From positions 44,020,001-44,084,000 of the forward strand of contig OX597829.1 of the NCBI GenBank assembly GCA_951406725.2: 64,000 nt of DNA. The letters are read 5' to 3'. The notes beneath the pieces are model-generated. The model was not told the DNA's origin, ran no database searches, and was given only the letters and a program-made list of their open reading frames with translations. Below are positions 52,667 to 64,000 of the stretch, in pieces. The stretch is from Octopus vulgaris. Its lineage: Eukaryota. Positions within the stretch are counted from its first letter, which is position 1; each line of letters starts with the position of its first letter. The position numbers and the translations under genes were made by a program.

Positions 52667-53330
52667 ATGCCACGAATAATTCAACTGTCTGGTGCTCCGA
52701 AGAAAGACATTTCTAAGACAATTGAAAACAATACTGCTGTATCAAAAAAAAAAAAACGCCTTACAGAAATCTGTCTTTGCTTCGACGGAAGGAAACTCAG
52801 AAGCTAATAATGAAGAACCAGTACCTTGATGTCTCTTTTGGGGACCCAACCGCACTACCAAGTACCTCTCCTCGAAACAAGAAAGAATTACAGAATATTG
52901 AAGACGAAGAATCCTCTGGTCCTTTTTCATGGATAGGTAATCGGCCCCATGGGATCCAGACACAGCCAGAGAAAAGTATGTGTCCATGTTCTTTCAGGCA
53001 CACTCAGCTATATGTCAAAATAAAAATGTCTGATGCCTATCCAGAATCTCGACGCCATTATCGATCAGTTGAAAACTTATTGGGTACTACCGTTATGTTA
53101 AACATTCAATGCTCTATACATTTCTTGTGAATGTGGAGCCTCTTTTAAGAAATTGACTCCTGTACAATTCATCAAAGAGTGCTGCTTATTGATTTTAGTG
53201 TACTTCGATGTCAAGTCAACATGACCGGTTCTCAGACGAGGAAGGTTTTAACAATTGGAGAAAGCAGAAGAGCAAATGAAAACGAACAAATCCATGGCCA
53301 CAAAGATTCTGTGTTGAAGTTCAGAAATAA
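52667..53330 (+). pseudogene. Degenerate hAT transposase N-terminus with a TTF-type zinc finger
   Basis: MPRIIQLSGAPKK; LRN*LLYNSSKSAAY*F*C ... EEGFNNWRK (RxWLxYS..AxCFxC..GFxNWK pattern). Duplicates 51106-51290. Confidence 0.7.
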
Positions 53331-53339
53331 GCATACTCA

Positions 53340-53645
53340 ATTTGATTATTACTAAATAATTTAGGAAAATGAATGGGTTATTTTCCTTGGCTACATATAA
53401 GGATCCCTTCTATGAGCGAATGGGTTATTTCCCTTGGCTTTTAAACTAAAATATATTAGATATATATATAAGGATCCCTTCCATGCGTTCTCTTATCGAT
53501 TTTTTCAACAATCTAAGTATGCCATGAGGTTTCCAGACATGAGTTCTATTCACGTGTCAAGTTTCATCAAAATCGATAAAACGATGTAGGAGGAGTTAGC
53601 TAACAACTCTACAAACACACCCACAGACAGTATTTCCTACATATG
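53340..53645 (-). mobile_element. Helitron/HINE-like element
   Basis: Reverse-complement homology to 27940-28230. Confidence 0.6.
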
Positions 53646-53899
53646 TAGCAGACACACAGGGAAAGAGAGAAAATAAACAGTCAGAGATGTCGACATGTAC
53701 GCAGATAGAAGAGTTTTCACACCTTAGATCTGAGAATGTCGATGCTCTTCTGAACTTACAGAACTCTGAGAAACTCTGTGTAAAGTGGAGCAGAGTCAAT
53801 CTGTTATTAGATATTCACAGTTCTAACCCTTTGTATAAAATCATATTATCACATTCTGACCACATGACAATTTGAAACCACCTCGATTTTTATAATATC

Positions 53900-54020
53900 A
53901 GTGGGTGAGTCGTAACAAGTTTGCTTCGCAACCACACGATCCCGGCTTCAATCGAACTGCATGGCACTTTTGGCAAGTGTCTTCTATAAGAGCCTCAGAC
54001 AAAGTCTTGTGAATCGTACA

Positions 54021-54055
<35 letters not shown>

Positions 54056-54180
54056 GACTTTGTATCTGTGCTTATCTCCCACCAACGCGTGACAACGGTT
54101 GTGTGTTTGGTTACGTTGGCTAGCGGTTCGGCGAAAACTACCGATAGAATAAGGCCTAGAAGACAAGTGTGCTCCACAGG
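53900..54180 (+). mobile_element. SINE family A, degenerate
   Basis: ggcaagtgtcttcta..; tagcggttcggcgaaaactaccgatagaataag. Confidence 0.65.
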
Positions 54181-54564
54181 CTAATGAGGGAACCGGGTTA
54201 AAGATTAAAGATAAAAGGTAAAAGGTCAAAATACCACACGTTTTCCATAAAGTTACGTACGGTGAATGAGATTGACAGCGCAAATGTTCTACAGAAAACG
54301 TTTAAAGGAACTATCTTTCGATTTAATACCCATGCTTGGCATCTTCGGTACCATGTCTCTACTTTATTCATTGCTGTCTTCCTCCAGTCAACCAATTTCG
54401 AACGCTAAAGAATTCATACACATTTCTTTACAAATTAAAAGATTTAAAAAAAAAAAACAGTAGCTATCTTTGTTTGGAGAATAAATTAGGGAAGAAAGAT
54501 CTAGAGAAGAGCTAGAGTCTAACAGATATTCTATATATGGCCATCTACGATATTATGAACTTTG

Positions 54565-54955
54565 GTTAGCACGCCGGACGAAGTACTTAGCGGTATTTCG
54601 TCTGCCGTTACGTTCTGAGTTCAAATTCCGCCTAAGTCGACTTTGCCTTTCATCCTTTCGGGGTCAATAAATTAAGTACCAGTTAAGCACTGGGGTCGAT
54701 ATAATCGACTTAATCCGTCTGTCTGTCCTTGTTTATCTCCTCTGTGTTTAGCCCCTCGTAGGTAGTAAAGAAATAGGTATTTCGTCTGCTGCTACGTTCT
54801 GAATTCAAATTCCGCCGAGGTTGACTTTGCCTTTTATCTTTTTTGGGGTCGATTAAATAATTACCAGTTATGCACTGGGGTCGATGTAATCGACTTAATC
54901 CCTTTATTTGTTCTATCTATGTTTAGCCCCCCCTCCCCCTGTGGAAAATAAAGAA
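54565..54955 (+). mobile_element. SINE family B, internally duplicated (dimeric)
   Basis: The core repeats at about 54595 and 54777. Confidence 0.85.
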
Positions 54956-55587
54956 ATCAAAATTAACTTTGGTGGATGTGGACATGTTTCTAAGGTAGAA
55001 AATGAAAGGTAAGTTATCTAAAAGCGTACATTACATGATGTTGCCTTCACCGTACAAGACTGCTTCTGACGCTAAACACTGCTAAATGGACCTTAGGTTT
55101 AAAAAACGGTTTAGTAAGATCATTGAAGAGGAGGCACTTAAAGGTATAACTGAACTGGTCCACAGTGAAAAAGCATAAGACAATTGCAGTATTGATACAA
55201 ATTATACTCCAAGTCGGAAGCTTTGCCTCTTCTCTTTTTTTTTCTTTATTTAAGCAAATTGTCGTCACTGAATAACCTCCTCTTTATATTCTAAGCTTCA
55301 ATTTGTTTTTCTCTGAGAACTACTACAGCAATACATCGTGTGAAATTGTCGCCAGGTGCCGAATTTACGGAGTACGATATTTTGTGATGTGTGAGAATGT
55401 ATACAAAGTGTCGGTTAGTGTATTAATCGTATCAGCTGAATCGTGAAAGAGGGAAAAAATCTTTTCTGCGAAAGGTAGTTATCATGAAAGTGTATATTAT
55501 GGAGATGGCTAATTAGAAGGTGTCTACTTTTATGAAGATGTGCCCCATCTTATATTTTACATCTGTTTATAGCAGACGTATAATTGA

Positions 55588-55660
<73 letters not shown>

Positions 55661-56096
55661 TATGTGTGTGTGTGTGTTCGTATGTGTACAGGTATGATTA
55701 CGATTACCTATATGAATGTATCTATAGTAAGATATCTTTAAAAAAGATAGACCGGTTGTTACCAGTCGAAAGGCAAATCAAACTAATATCTCACTGAATA
55801 AACAACACCAACTGCAGTGGAGGCGAAATGGCCCAGTGGTTAGGGAAGAGAACGCGGTTTCGATTCCCAGACCGGGCATTGTGAGTGCTTATTGAGGAAA
55901 AACACCTGACCTCCACCTGTCATGCCGAACCACCGCCTTTAGTCGAACAAATCGACCCCAGGACTTATTATTTGTTACTCTAGTACTTATTCTATCAGTT
56001 TCTTTTGATGAACTGCTAGTGTACGGGGACGTAAACACACAAACATCTATTGGCGAGCGATGACGGGAAAGCTTCTAACCACTCCACCACACCTGC

Positions 56097-56184
<88 letters not shown>

Positions 56185-56189
56185 TGTTT

Positions 56190-56344
56190 ACACTTGACGG
56201 ATATTTGTCCTCATCTTGTCTGTTGTTAATACAATGTTTCGGCTGATATACCCTCCAGACTTCATCAGGTGTCTTGGGGAAATTCGAACCTGGGTTCTCA
56301 TTCCTATGGTATTTTTTGTTGTTGTTATTATTGTTATTATTGTT

Positions 56345-56391
<47 letters not shown>

Positions 56392-56408
56392 TTTCATCAT
56401 CATCATCA

Positions 56409-56466
<58 letters not shown>

Positions 56467-56730
56467 TATTATTATTATTATTCAGGTTATTGCCTGGAAT
56501 CGAACTCGGAATATTGGGGTTAGTAGCCCGCGCTCTTAACCACTACCCCATATGCCCGTGGGCATGAGAACCCAGGTTCGAAATTCCCCCAAAAACACTC
56601 GATGAAGGCTGGAGGGTATATCAGCCGAAACGTTGTGTTAACAACAAACAAGATGAGGACAAATATCCGTCAATCGTAAAAGAACGTAAATAATATACAT
56701 AACTCCTCATCTCTTAAATATAGAACTGTA
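56190..56730. mobile_element. Penelope-like terminal region: inverted hammerhead arms (56194-56301 vs 56564-56673) around a tRNA-like module, inserted within a SINE A
   Basis: Minus strand: gacac CTGATGA ag.ctg..cagcc GAAA catt gtatt. Plus copy: aacac tcgatga aggctg..cagcc GAAA cgtt gtgtt. SINE A pieces lie at 55925-56097 and 56730-56872. Confidence 0.75.
56484..56558 (-). other. tRNA-like Pol III module (not a functional tRNA)
   Basis: gggcatatggggtagtggttaagagcgcgggCTACTAAccccaatattccgagttcgattccagg has an A box, an anticodon-like arm and a B box; the acceptor stem does not close. Confidence 0.65.
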
Positions 56731-57153
56731 GATTTCCTTCAGTTTCAGTCTACCAAATCCATTCGCAATGCTTTAGTCGGCCGGGGTTGCAGTTTGTTGC
56801 CACACAGTAGTTGTGAACATGGATACGTGTGGTTGGGAAGCAAAGTTTTTACCACACAGCGACGCCTGCGCCTGCTCATAAAACTTATAACAGAAAACAT
56901 GTAACAGAAAAAAAAAAAAAATTCTGGGTCAGAATTTTCTAGTTCTTCATCAGCAAAATCTCCTTAAAGAAGAAATCAGAGAAATTAAACACATATAAGT
57001 TAATAACATACACTTGAACACGTTAATGCTCTTTTGTTTTCTTTCTTTTCTTTCTTCTTCTTTTTTTTCTTTTGTCATAAAGTGTGATTTGTGAAGACTG
57101 AAAATATAGCGGAGAAATTTTCGTGTATGAAATTAAGATGGTTTCCAACATCA

Positions 57154-57465
57154 TCACGTGATCACGTGACCGATCAGGCTATCAGATGTTGCTACACATC
57201 GCTGGTCACAATGCGCTTCGCATTGTTTTAGCCTTCAAATGACGCCACCCCGCTGGCTAAGCGAGCAGGCCAACAGAAAAAAGAGTGAGAGAAAGTTGCG
57301 ACGAAAGAGTACAGCAGGGATCGCCACCACCCTCCCTGCCGGAGCGTCGTGGAGCTTTAGGTATTTTCGGTCAATAAACACTCACAACGCTTGGTCTGGG
57401 AATCGAAACCGCGATTCTACGACCGCGACTCCGCTGCCCTAACCACTGGGTCATTGCGCCACCAC
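57154..57465 (-). mobile_element. SINE family C tail type 1
   Basis: Matches 46084-46395. Confidence 0.85.
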
Positions 57466-57744
57466 TCCAACATCTTGTAGAAGAATTAGTGGTTGCCATC
57501 GCGTTAATATGCAAGAGGATTCTTACAAAAACAGTTTCAGTAATACTTTTGTGCAAATAGTGAGTGGACCGTCTTAGCACCTTTGAGCTGGTAGTGCTGA
57601 AGTTAGAACAAGTGCAATAACAGATCCATCATCACCGTTTGCAGATCTCCGCTTGCAGATCCATAATCTCGGGAGACATAATTTGGAAGCTTCCGAAAAA
57701 AAAATAAAGATAAAGACAAAATCCCAAAATATGCCCAATATATA

Positions 57745-57920
57745 TAAAGGGAAAATTTACGAAAACAAAAGACGAAGGCAGGTGATGTACAAACAAACAA
57801 ATGTATTAGTATAGCGCTCAGGAATAGAAAAAGTTTTTTACGTTTCGAGCCTACGCTCTTCTACAGAAAGATACACAGAAAAAAATAAGGAGAGAAAAAA
57901 ATGTGTGTAGTAGCTAATAT
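57745..57920 (-). mobile_element. Second copy of the 31430-31640 element, variant hammerhead at 57833-57870
   Basis: cttt CTGTAGAA gagc gtag gctc GAAA cg TA aaaa. Confidence 0.55.
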
Positions 57921-58113
57921 TTGCTAACTAGATGTGGCGGTTCTATACAGGACGATGTTACTGTTGTTTTTAGCCCCAAAAAGACATCTCTTCCAGCTGG
58001 CCAATGACACTCAGTGTGTGTCCTATTAGTATTTGCGAGGGAGGTCATCACTCCCATCTCTAGCTTTACGTGATGCACACAGACCCGGTTTGCTGGGTGG
58101 TTATCCGCCTTCA

Positions 58114-58157
<44 letters not shown>

Positions 58158-58331
58158 TACATATATACATACACATATACACATATACACACATATATAT
58201 ACATACATATATACACACTCACACACACATAAATAGTAATCCCCCAAAAAGAACAACAAACAGAAAACAACAACGCGAGGACGTGGTACATGAAAAGAAT
58301 TAGCAGACACTCTAGAAAGGAAAGACAGATG

Positions 58332-58366
58332 GTTTAACGTTTCGAGCAAAGCTCTTTCTCAGAAAC
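58332..58366 (-). ncRNA. Minimal hammerhead-like motif with variant core
   Basis: gttt CTGAGAAA gagc ttt gctc GAAA cg TT aaac. Confidence 0.45.
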
Positions 58367-58600
58367 AGAGATAAGTCTAATAGAAAGGAAGAGGGAGGAA
58401 GAAATATATATATATATATATATACATAAATATGTAGTACGGAATTTTGTCAGAGAACAGGTCGCGGTCTCAAAGTGACGAAAATATTTTGGCAATTTAA
58501 ATTTAAATGTTCAAGTGAATCCAACGGTTTTTGTGTGTTTCTTAATTGCTTATGAACACCTTCCACGCGGCAATTGTTTATATATATATATATACATACA

Positions 58601-58680
<80 letters not shown>

Positions 58681-58686
58681 TCATAT

Positions 58687-58826
<140 letters not shown>

Positions 58827-59126
58827 TATATACATACATATACATATACACTTATACATATATATGCACATATATACATACATATTCATACATATATATA
58901 TATATATGCATACACACACACACACACATATATATATATGTGTGTGTGTGTGTGTATGTATTATGGAAAAAGAAAACAAACCCACTCCATGCCCAATATC
59001 TCGTAAAAACAAAAGATGCGAATAATGATAGGATAGGATATGATAATTACAAGATATTGTACTGATAAGTAATCAATAGATAAACAAACAAATAAACTTA
59101 AACCCGCAAATAAATAAATAAATGAA

Positions 59127-59157
<31 letters not shown>

Positions 59158-59590
59158 ATGCGAAGTAAAATGGAAGTAAAGAGCGAAAGGAGAGAGGGTG
59201 CGGAAAACACGTGTGGCGATACGCTTGAGGCGTAATAAATGATCCAGATGATGTTCTGCGTTCTGCTGATGGAAATCTTTTATTTCACGTGGACCTGAGG
59301 AGTTTAAAATATAAAAATTAAATAAAATTGTTTTGTAATTTTTTTTTAATTGAATAATGATTTTAGTCTGTTAATTATATAGTAAACGAAAAAAAAAAAA
59401 AGAATTTTTTTTTCAGAAAATATTCGTTGTTTGAAATTTTCATCGAATATAATTGTATTTAGATGTAATTTTAAAATGAAAGAAAAAAAAAATCAAAACA
59501 TACAAACAAACAAACACATGAAGTTATTTTACCAGATTTGGTCCCTACGATAAATATATGTCTATGTGAATGTGTGTATGTGCGTCTGTG

Positions 59591-59646
<56 letters not shown>

Positions 59647-59755
59647 GTATAAGTGAGTGTTAGTGCGTGAGTGTATATATGTACGTGTATGTGTGTGTCT
59701 TTTTATGTTTGTGTACATGTCTGTATAAATGCATGTATATAAATTATATATGTGA

Positions 59756-59824
<69 letters not shown>

Positions 59825-60039
59825 TCATCTATCTGTATATATATTTATACACACGCACACAGATATGTGCATGTGTATGTGTGCGTATGTTTGAATGCAT
59901 ATATATATATATATATATATTGAATGCGTATATATATATATATACGCATATATGTATACTCGCATGCATTCAAACATACGCACACATACACATGCACATA
60001 TCTGTGTGCGTGTGCATAAATATATATACAGATAGATGA

Positions 60040-60077
<38 letters not shown>

Positions 60078-60542
60078 TCACATATATATATACACACACA
60101 CTAAAACATACAATGAATAGTCATAAATATATAAAAACACACATCATTGATATTTATGAACAAATATTTGTGTGTGTGTGTGTAAGATAGTGCGTGTGCG
60201 TGTGTGTGTGAGCACATACCCGTGCATACGTACTGAAGACACATTTCGTGTTCGAGTTTAATCATTTTTATTACGCGTTTTCTACATTTCGCCATTATTC
60301 CTACTTTGTTTATTTTTACAATAAATGCCGTTCCTGAGTCCCAGTCACATTCGGGAAAGTTGTATGATCTTATCTACAAAATGCAATAATGATAGGGATA
60401 AATTGCCGCTGCATCTTGTTGTTGGCAGAGAGGAAAAGGAAAGGAGACAGAGAAGAAAGAAAGAAAGAAAGAAAGAAAGGAAAGAGAGTGTTGGGGACAG
60501 ATCATTGGAATGGTGTTGTGTTAAAATCGTCATCACCAAATT

Positions 60543-60578
<36 letters not shown>

Positions 60579-60730
60579 TATCTATCTATCTGTCTGTGTG
60601 TCTGTCTCTCTGCGTGCGTGTCTGTCTGTCTGTCTGTCTGCTTGTCTGTGTGTCTGTGCGTGTGTATCTGTGTCTGTGTGTCTGTCTGCCTGTCTCTCTC
60701 TCTCTCTATCTCTATCTATCTATCTATCTA

Positions 60731-60767
<37 letters not shown>

Positions 60768-60768
60768 A

Positions 60769-60807
<39 letters not shown>

Positions 60808-60816
60808 ATATCTATA

Positions 60817-60873
<57 letters not shown>

Positions 60874-60877
60874 GAAT

Positions 60878-61105
60878 GACACCTTGGGCAAGCTTCTTCA
60901 ACTGTAGGTCCCGGGCTGACCAAAGCGTCGTGAGTGGATTTGGTTGACGGAAACTGAAAGAAACCCGTCGTATATATATATGTGTGTGGAAGGGGTCTGT
61001 GTTTGTCCCACCACCACTACCACCATTTCCACCGCTTGACAACCGGTGCTGGTGTGTTTACGTTCCCGTAACATCGCGGTTCGACAAAACAGACCGATAG
61101 GATAC
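60878..61105 (+). mobile_element. SINE family A fragment
   Basis: caccttgggcaag..gtgagtggatttggttgacggaaactgaaagaa..gaccgatag. Confidence 0.75.
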
Positions 61106-61129
61106 CGCCGTCCTATTTAGGAAAGCGTT

Positions 61130-63265
61130 TATGTAAGGTGGCACTAAACAGTGTCCCTCTGGAAATAAGCAACAATTATTTAGAATAATTGTGGAGGAGT
61201 ACGGGCAGATAATGTGTAGTGCACGGCCTTTCAGCAGCATTTTTTCTCAACTCTTCAGAGAAAGCGATAGACCACAGATAATTATGGGCTTAGTACCTAG
61301 CTCGACGGCCTGCAGCAAGACTCGGAAGAAGTCACGCTCTATGAAAGGTCAAATAACGGTATCCGAGATGCAAGAAGTATTGAGTGGCAAAGGACACTCA
61401 ATTCATCTGAATTGTCTGCACTATGTGTTTTATCGTTATATGCCAGAACTCTTTGGTGATCTCTTGGCATACGTCTAACACAATTGGCAGCAAATTTGGA
61501 GAATTCCTAATGACTAGCACAACTGGCAGCAAAACTAGGGAATTGCCAAGTCTGTGTACCTAGATATAGTAACTTTGCTGAAAATTAATACGATCGGGTT
61601 TGCACCCAGGCTGCTGTAACAAAATTTACCAACTACACTTCTCGGTCCACCATCATTGCCTTTAAGTCCTGGTTACATTCCAGGCCAGTGACTGCAAACA
61701 AGTGTCGATGTAACTGTGATGACGTTTTCCTCTTCCTACATCATCATGAAGTGGGTTCCACAAGACTAATTTGGTTGCTTCCAGTCCCGGGTCACAGCCG
61801 TCTTTGCATGATCTTCTCGCTAACTTTCGGCAGGTCCCCATAAAGACATTCATTTGTCATATTTTGCTGCCATTTCATATTGAAGCCCATTCGTAGCATC
61901 CTTGTGCAACATCCATTTAACTTAATTTATTTGTCAGTGTGCAATATAGGAGATATTATAAACTATTTCCTGCCCGTAGCCCTGGAAAATGCAGAGTTTA
62001 AAATTTTGGCTAAAGTTTTGTCAATACATACATAAACTCCTTAATAACTTATCACGTGAGTGTTGTACCTCGTCCCAGCTCAGGTCTAGTCGAACTGGAG
62101 TGTTTACATTTCCGCTTCCTGTGAAAAGGATGTGTTCCCTGGCCAGACGCCCTATGGATGGTGGGCTTGGCATGTCGTGACCATTAATGTGCAAACGCGC
62201 TGCGGCAACTCTGGAGGTCTGGGTAACACTTCCAGAGTTTCCTGGACAGTGATCCGATGTGGTCTCCGTATGTAGGACACATTTTCCATAGTTTATTTCT
62301 TTGATGGAACTGAAAGACCAAGATTAGGTGCTTAACATCTGGAATATCGTCAGACGCTCACTCCCCCTCCACTTGTCGGCCAATACGGTAGCTGGAACTT
62401 CTACGATTGCAATTTATAGAAATCTCGCGATGGGTAAGAGTGAAAACGTTCTCGGGTAAACTCTAGGCGTCGACGAAGAGGAACTAACTGGTTTGTTTCG
62501 GAGAGTTTTCGGGTCTGGTACTACCAAAGATAAGTTCCAGAAATTCCTAGCCCGGCTGTGCTACCGAGGATAAATTCTACAAGCACGGAAAAGCTGTCTA
62601 CCGAGACTGTCCGAGATGCGCGTTCGATGAGGAAACCTTTCTGCATGCACTCGCGTAGAGTCTGAGTATTGTTGACTTGCAGAGCTATGTCGCGCAGCTG
62701 TTATCCCGAGTCGGACGAATCTGACTCTTGACCGAATCCATCGTGGGGGTTGCCTTAACACTCACCTTCAACAAGGCAGGGCAGGTGGTATTCCTCTGTC
62801 TAGTGGCTATGGTGAAAGAGATTGTGTGGTGGTCGAAGCTGCAAAGATTGAGGAAGGAGACTCTCCTCTTCGGTCTGTATAAAGTCTCACTTAAGAGTGA
62901 AAGTGAAAGTGGGAAGTGAAGTGTGTTCTATTGAATTTGTGAAAAAGTGGGTAAATGTGTCAAAGATTGTCAGAGTGAATATCCCCACTCTAAGTATGCG
63001 TCTGAAGATTGGAGAGCATGCGAGAGGGTTCGTACCTTTGTCGGTCAGGGTAATCTTGGTCTGGTGGGGTTCCTTGATTGGTCCTGTTTGAAGTACCGCT
63101 TGTATCAAAAGGACTGAATCATTCATATTATCACACATTTTGTATTCCCTGTAGACTTTTATCACATTTCACTGATATTTTCCATTTCTTTCTCCCCACA
63201 CAAATTTTTTATTATCTTTTTGATGCCCTACTTCATGTGTGCTCTTGAGGTTAATAAAAGAAATT
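61130..63265 (+). mobile_element. Highly degenerate Tx1-like LINE (related to 26625-27858)
   Basis: LCLVAMVKEIVWWSKL..KVKVGSEVCSIEFVKKWVNVSKIVRVN parallels ILVAMAKECIWWTRL..KVRVERQVLSSECFKKRWVNVARMARMN. Also MDGGLGM and YRYMPELFGDLLA segments; aataaa at the 3' end. Confidence 0.7.
61640..61930 (-). mobile_element. RTE-like LINE 3' fragment nested in the Tx1 remnant
   Basis: KLVLWNPLHDDVGRGKRHHSYID resembles the RTE C-terminus (compare LLLWKPSTRNTRGRTLSYPD at about 46880). Confidence 0.5.
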
Positions 63266-63272
63266 AACACTG

Positions 63273-63562
63273 TTACCTCCGCCTCAGCGTTTTCAGTCGT
63301 GTTTATCTGTTTGTCCGTGAACAAGAAGATATCTCAAGAAACGCCGGATGGATACGGATGAAACTTTCATGGAAGTTTGGCCTCGTGACTGGCATGAACT
63401 GATTAGATTTTGGAATCGATTCAGTTATCGGACAAGGATTCTGGAATATTTTCCTGTTTTTTCAACTTAATTTTTGAGAGCAGTCGAATTCATTTTTAGT
63501 ATTCTCGTTTGTGAGAATGTTGGTGTTGCCTTAACGGAAGTTTGCGCTCGCTGAGTGCTCTT
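63273..63562 (+). mobile_element. Helentron-associated HINE/DINE-1-like element
   Basis: 5' ttacctccgcc; internal gtttgtccgtg and ggatggatacggatgaaactt; degenerate subTIR aacggaagt; 3' hairpin gcgctc gct gagtgc. Confidence 0.65.
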
Positions 63563-63599
63563 ATCATCATCATCATCATCTTCATCATCACCACCCCCC

Positions 63600-63638
<39 letters not shown>

Positions 63639-63887
63639 TTCTTCATCATCATCATCATCATCTTCATCATCACCACCATCTTCATCATCATCATCATCAC
63701 CATCATCATCATCATCGTCGTCATCATCATCACCATGATCACCATCATCATCACCATCATCATCATCACCATCATCGTCATCATCTTCATCATCATCATC
63801 ACCATGATCACCATCATCATCACCATCATCATCATCACCATCATCGCCATCATCTTCATCATCATCGTCGTCATCATCATCATCATC

Positions 63888-63918
<31 letters not shown>

Positions 63919-63980
63919 ACAACAACAACAAGAATGTCATCATCATCCTCATTGTCATCATAATGATCATCAACGTCGTC
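63563..63980. repeat. (CAT/CAC)n microsatellite
   Basis: Read directly; source of the poly-M ORF. Confidence 0.95.
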
Positions 63981-64000
63981 AAAAAATATGCACGTTTATA

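Overview
This is eukaryotic, AT-rich, repeat-dense DNA. The SINE families and microsatellite load look like an octopus (coleoid cephalopod) genome; that assignment is an inference. Most listed ORFs are microsatellite artefacts. The only convincing intact protein gene is an intronless, divergent EB1/MAPRE-like gene (47553-48458, -). Three decayed paralogous copies accompany it (16.5 kb, 50.7 kb, 52.0-52.5 kb), and two of these sit in a tandemly duplicated unit with a ZMYM1-like hAT transposase remnant. The rest is transposon debris: mariner, Tc1, two hAT types, Helitron/Helentron-like elements, Tx1, RTE, CR1/L2, Penelope-like fragments and four or more SINE families. The most striking unannotated signal is about a dozen type I hammerhead-ribozyme motifs. 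They fall into several unrelated sequence families, mostly in short elements inserted in (TA)n tracts and often in inverted-repeat arrangements. One Penelope-like family carries a tRNA-like Pol III module between its GIY-YIG ORF and its hammerhead. All alignments and folds were done by eye, and element boundaries are approximate unless a TSD or TIR is quoted.
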